From: Octopus bimaculoides
Taxonomy: Eukaryota
Assembly: GCF_001194135.2 (NCBI RefSeq)
Contig: NC_068990.1
Location: 86,558,618-86,599,348, forward strand
Length of the DNA: 40,731 nt
Reading direction: 5' to 3'
The notes under the pieces: generated by a model
The model's database searches: none
Told to the model about the DNA's origin: nothing
The model's input: only the letters and a program-made list of their open reading frames with translations
Program-made: the position numbers and the translations under genes
Shown: positions 35,850 through 40,731 of the stretch, piece after piece
Layout: every line of letters begins with the position of its first letter
How positions within the stretch are numbered: the first letter of the stretch is position 1

Positions 35850-35938
35850 CACTTTCCCAAGGTGCCACGCAGTAGGACTGAACTCGGAGCCATGCGGCTG
35901 AGAAGTAAGCTTCTGACCACACAGCCACGCCTGCGCCC
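35848..35938 (-). mobile_element. tRNA-derived CORE-type SINE head (family C), 3'-truncated
   Basis: Minus strand GGGCGCAGGCGTGGCTGTGTGG (A box), GAGTTCAGTCC (B box), GGCACCTTGGGAAAGTG (CORE-like CCTTGGGCAAG). Confidence 0.8.
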
Positions 35939-36710
35939 ATATACTATATCTTAATAGTATCTTTGTTCTTTTATTGCGGAGATCAGATATAACCACTCAA
36001 ATCTGCATTACTATTTACTGTGGAAATCTAACGTTGAAGAATGCCATGTTTGAAAATATATTTCGTTGAAATGTATCAAGTTTATTATGAGGCAACATGA
36101 ATTTCAGAAAATATCAATCAGGTGGATATTAAACATCATTACTAGAATAACCATGAAATTAAAATTATGCAGTTGAAAGGTTAACAACTCAAGTGCATTT
36201 TGAAGATTCGTCCATCATTATAGCTGGCATAACATTCCACTTGAGCAAAGAGTTATGTCTCCAAACATTTCCGATAAGCACTCTCTATCGTTTATTTATT
36301 AGCTTCTCTGTGGATCAGAGATGTTGGTAATGGAAACAAACTCATCTTTAAACGACTAACCAATGCTTAAAGGTATGTATATTGCCCAAAGATGTAAATC
36401 TCTCCTGTCTTGAATTACATTCGTTCAAGGGAAAATTAAGCAGATACTTCCTTAACTATAGCCACCATATGTCCTTGTAGGTGTCTTGTTTATATAGTAT
36501 TAAGTATGTGATACTAGAAAACCACTGCTCTTCAGATTTTGGTCGAAATCCTTCTCTGAGCCCTTCCACTTAAAATACATCTCTAAGGCTGTTGTATGGA
36601 TGTAAGCAAGAAATAAAGCATTTATACTCACAATAGACTTTTATATTCTTATTAAATTTAATTCAATTATTATATCTCATCATACATGTGACAGTCGAAT
36701 GAGAGAGAGC

Positions 36711-36885
36711 CTGACATAGTCGCCCGTCCTGCTACAAATAACAGCCAAATAACCGCTTAGATCATGCCCGTCATTCTTGATAAAAATGAAGTCGCAAAAG
36801 GCAAAATATTAATTGAGAACATAGTCCTACATCTATAAACGTACATATTGGTCTCCATTGGAATGTCTTTGATCGAAGATCAATC
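36711..36885 (+). repeat. Family D copy
   Basis: GCTACAAATAACAGCCAAAT start. GAATGTCTTTGATC is identical to the segment in the 32185-32360 copy. Confidence 0.55.
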
Positions 36886-37244
36886 GAAAATTGGATATTC
36901 ATGGGAATATAGATAAGAAATATTGAATTCAGATAAATGGAAAGAGATTAAATTCTGGAAAAAATACCGAAAAGAATATATTCTCACCATTTTTTATTGA
37001 GTGAGTCTGGTCTCTGTGGTAAGCAATTCTGAAGATGGTAAGTAAAAGGCTTCCATTGAACGACTTGATTTAACGATTCACGCCAAGATAGAAAAAAAAA
37101 GTTTGAAGTTTACCAAGAATTTCGTTAATTATCTGGGGATGAAGAAAATGCAGTAAAGTTTGTTGAGGAATTATGTATGTATGTATGCATGCATGTATGC
37201 ATGTATACATGTATACACACACACACACACACGCACGCGCACAC

Positions 37245-37316
<72 letters not shown>

Positions 37317-38349
37317 NNNNNNNNNNNNNNNNNNNNNNNNNNNNNNNNNNNNNNNNNNNNNNNNNNNNNNNNNNNNNNNNNNNNNNNNNNNNNNNNNNNN
37401 NNNNNNNNNNNNNNNNNNNNNNNNNNNNNNNNNNNNNNNNNNNNNNNNNNNNNNNNNNNNNNNNNNNNNNNNNNNNNNNNNNNNNNNNNNNNNNNNNNNN
37501 NNNNNNNNNNNNNNNNNNNNNNNNNNNNNNNNNNNNNNNNNNNNNNNNNNNNNNNNNNNNNNNNNNNNNNNNNNNNNNNNNNNNNNNNNNNNNNNNNNNN
37601 NNNNNNNNNNNNNNNNNNNNNNNNNNNNNNNNNNNNNNNNNNNNNNNNNNNNNNNNNNNNNNNNNNNNNNNNNNNNNNNNNNNNNNNNNNNNNNNNNNNN
37701 NNNNNNNNNNNNNNNNNNNNNNNNNNNNNNNNNNNNNNNNNNNNNNNNNNNNNNNNNNNNNNNNNNNNNNNNNNNNNNNNNNNNNNNNNNNNNNNNNNNN
37801 NNNNNNNNNNNNNNNNNNNNNNNNNNNNNNNNNNNNNNNNNNNNNNNNNNNNNNNNNNNNNNNNNNNNNNNNNNNNNNNNNNNNNNNNNNNNNNNNNNNN
37901 NNNNNNNNNNNNNNNNNNNNNNNNNNNNNNNNNNNNNNNNNNNNNNNNNNNNNNNNNNNNNNNNNNNNNNNNNNNNNNNNNNNNNNNNNNNNNNNNNNNN
38001 NNNNNNNNNNNNNNNNNNNNNNNNNNNNNNNNNNNNNNNNNNNNNNNNNNNNNNNNNNNNNNNNNNNNNNNNNNNNNNNNNNNNNNNNNNNNNNNNNNNN
38101 ATATATATATATATATATATAAATGTATGTATGCATGTTTGCTTGCACATACCTATTCCCGCTTGCAAGTCTGATTACGAGTACATACAAATGCAAAAAT
38201 GTATAACATAGAAAAATCGGGCCGACTGGTGGAAACGGTTGGTTATAAAAATGGCCACCGATCTAATTTTCTCTCTGCATAAACTGTGTTGTCAATCTAA
38301 AATCCTATCGCAACTTTTCAGTTAATTCGCGTCAAACCTTTGAAAAACG

Positions 38350-38559
38350 AACGGAAAACAAGTGGCCGAATCGTTAGCCCGCTGAATCAACTCCTTAGCA
38401 GCATTGCTTCCGGTTTTACATTCTAAGTTCAAGCCTACTTTGCCTTTCACCCTTTCTGGGTCGATAAAAGAAGCATCGGTTGAGCACTCGAGTGGATATT
38501 ACCGACTGACCCCTTCCCCACAAACTTAAAGTCTTGACCTCTAGTAGAAAAAAAAAATT

Positions 38560-38593
<34 letters not shown>

Positions 38594-38713
38594 CTATTAT
38601 TATTGTTGTTGTTGTTGATGTTATTGTTGCTGTTGCTATTGTTGTTGTTGTTGTTTCCAAGTCGGCGAGCTGACTGAATCGTTTGCCCGCTGGATCAAAT
38701 CCTTAGCAGCATT
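38350..38713 (+). mobile_element. Diverged family A SINE with (TAT)/(TGT)n tail, followed by a second head (38658-38713)
   Basis: GAATCGTTAGCCCG, CTAAGTTCAA, CTTTGCCTTTCACCCTTT.GGGTCGATAAAA, CTAGTAGAAAA; second head AAGTCGGCGAGCTG. Confidence 0.7.
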
Positions 38714-38873
38714 CTAGTATTTCCTGTAACTGTTACGCCCAAGAGAAAACACGATTTTTTTCGTTAGAAATAGCAGTCACATTATTTTTCAAATCAAGTC
38801 ACGTACTTTACTCTCTAAAACAGTAAAGTCACCTTGGTTTATGCGAACCCGGATACACAAAGAATTAAAAGAA

Positions 38874-38877
<4 letters not shown>

Positions 38878-38960
<83 letters not shown>
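38878..38960. repeat. (GA)n microsatellite
   Basis: Direct inspection. Confidence 0.95.
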
Positions 38961-38965
<5 letters not shown>

Positions 38966-40531
38966 GGGCTTGTCGCTACAGAATCATATTTGGATGTGGG
39001 TTTGCAAGATGAAGGCCGAACGAGAACTAAGCAACCACAGTAAATTGTCTATAAGACTTGTTTTGTCAAGTCTCTGACTTTCCCCATCAATAATTGTTCA
39101 TCGTGTTGCGTATATTATAACAAACAACCAGAAATATTTTGGAAAATTTATCGACTGGAAAGGATTTGTTTTTTAATCAATAATCTCCTATTTGTGTGTT
39201 TGCTTTCGTGTATGCATGCATGTATGTATGTATGTATGTATGTATGTATGTATGTATGTATGTATGTATGTATGTATGTATGTATATTCATGTATGTATG
39301 TATGGATGGATGGATGGATAAATGGATGTGACGTGTATAATGAATGGTGGGTGTAATTCTGTCTACTGATGTAAATTACCAGATCGTTAAGCTCAAAGTA
39401 ATTCGGCATTTTAAAATAAAACCAGTTAAGTTTTATATCGAACAACATACTATAATATATGTGGATATGTGTATTCACATACATAAAAAGTATAATTTAT
39501 TCAGACATACTTACATGCATACACACATGTGCATAATGCATACACAATACATATACATACATATATGCATACGTACACACACACATATATATAGGTATGT
39601 GTGTGTGTGTGCATTATGTATGTATACATACATCATGAAAGATAAAAGAAATGTAACAATGAAGATCAAAAATTATCGTATGGATATCTTCTCTTTTAAT
39701 TTACAGTATAAAGGATATGGCTTACATACCGACCAGCTTTCCTTTCGAATGATATCAACATATTCGTCCCTTACTGTAAACAGACTTTGAGTCTCTGCGG
39801 ATGTGATTTCTACTAAGCCTTTAAAGCACTGTTTTATATATATATTGCTTCATATTTTAGTTGTGAACAAAACCTATGAAACATAAAACAGTTTCAGGTT
39901 TGTTGTTTGGTTTACATGCGATGAAATTGTGTATATTGATGTTTTGTTATATTTATCGTCGATCTCTTCGCCTGTAAGTTGCACTAATAGTTTTCGGAAT
40001 ATATTCAACATGAAACAATGCAAGCTCTAGAATTTTGTCATATGACTTCATGAATAATACCGAATTCGAATGAATTTACTTTCTGCTATTTTAAATACGA
40101 GGTATGACCGGAATTCTACTGAGCACTAACCATTGGCTGCATTGAAAGACAGAGAAACGTAGTTAGCATTTCACTAGTCACAATCCGTCATGATATTGAA
40201 CCAGCAAGAAATTAATAATATCCGAAATTCAAATTGAGGTTAGCATAAAATTAAACAAAAGCTTTAACAATTCGAAGTTTTTAAATACTATAAAAAAATT
40301 AAAAAAACTGATGAAGAACTGGAATTAAAATTTACATTCTTGGATTATATATAGACTAAAATATAATATCAATTCATTTATATTATCAAGATAAATACAT
40401 CTTGGTAGATAAAACCTGGGTAACGTCACCCAGTCATCGTTTTTAAGCTGACACGGCACTCTGTGTCCAATCACAGTCCTATATCTTTTAGCTTCTCTGA
40501 TGTGGACTAAGATTGAAACATGTCAAGAGTT

Positions 40532-40684
40532 CAGTTCTATATTTAAGAGATGAGGAATTATGTACATTATTTACAGTATTTACATTTGACGGATATTTGT
40601 CCTCATCTTGTTTGTAGTTAACACAACGTTTCGACTGATATACCCTCCAGGCTTCACCAGGTGTCTTGGGGAAATTTCGAACCT
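40532..40684 (-). mobile_element. Penelope-like terminal repeat fragment carrying a hammerhead motif
   Basis: Contains the hammerhead motif listed next plus a tail also present at 9484-9588. The 5' side ends in (CCT)n/(CTT)n. Confidence 0.65.
40621..40664 (-). ncRNA. Minimal type I hammerhead ribozyme motif (probably mutated)
   Basis: ACAC-CTGGTGA-A-GCCTGG-AGGGTATA-TCAGTC-GAAAC-GTT-GTGT: stem I ACAC/GTGT, CUGANGA box with A>G, stem II 5 of 6 pairs, GAAA, palindromic stem III ACGT, GUU cleavage triplet. Confidence 0.65.
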
Positions 40685-40731
40685 CCTCCTCCTCCTCCTT
40701 CTTCTTCTTCTTCTTCTTTTTCTTCTTCTTC

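Noticed and set aside
36516-36527. AGAAAACCACTG as the missing right end of the hAT element at 18228
   Set aside because: It is 18 kb away, the match is short, and the flanking 8-mers differ (GTCCAAAC vs CTCTTCAG).
39730-39773. 44-nt minus-strand interval reading RDEYVDIIRKESWS with a GTATGT donor
   Set aside because: The acceptor has a poor pyrimidine tract and nearby upstream AGs, and there is no other support.

Overview
AT-rich, repeat-saturated animal genomic DNA with seven N gaps (918-1047, 2997-3069, 7032-7327, 11185-11321, 14928-15524, 34958-35288, 37317-38100), most of them abutting microsatellites. The SINE sequences and the microsatellite density resemble what I recall of octopod cephalopod (Octopus-like) genomes; this is recognition, not a search result. 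I find no intact protein-coding gene, and nearly all ORFs in the track are microsatellite or N-gap artefacts. The window reads as a large intron or intergenic region full of decayed mobile elements. DNA transposons: a Tc1-like 5' end, a mariner fragment, Tc1-, pogo- and hAT-type MITEs with TIRs and TSDs, and a Helitron Rep fragment. Retroelements: a Gypsy gag zinc knuckle, RTE and CR1-group LINE ends, a Penelope GIY-YIG fragment, and at least four SINE-like families (about 25 copies). One 48-nt minus-strand candidate exon has strong splice signals. The most interesting signals are RNA-structural: a Penelope-type minimal hammerhead ribozyme motif (40621-40664, minus), a second copy of that repeat beginning at the predicted cleavage site and capped by an inverted tail, a retroposon 3'-end hairpin with a compensatory base-pair change, and a 168-bp fold-back. 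I cannot support a claim of a wholly new biological system from sequence alone.
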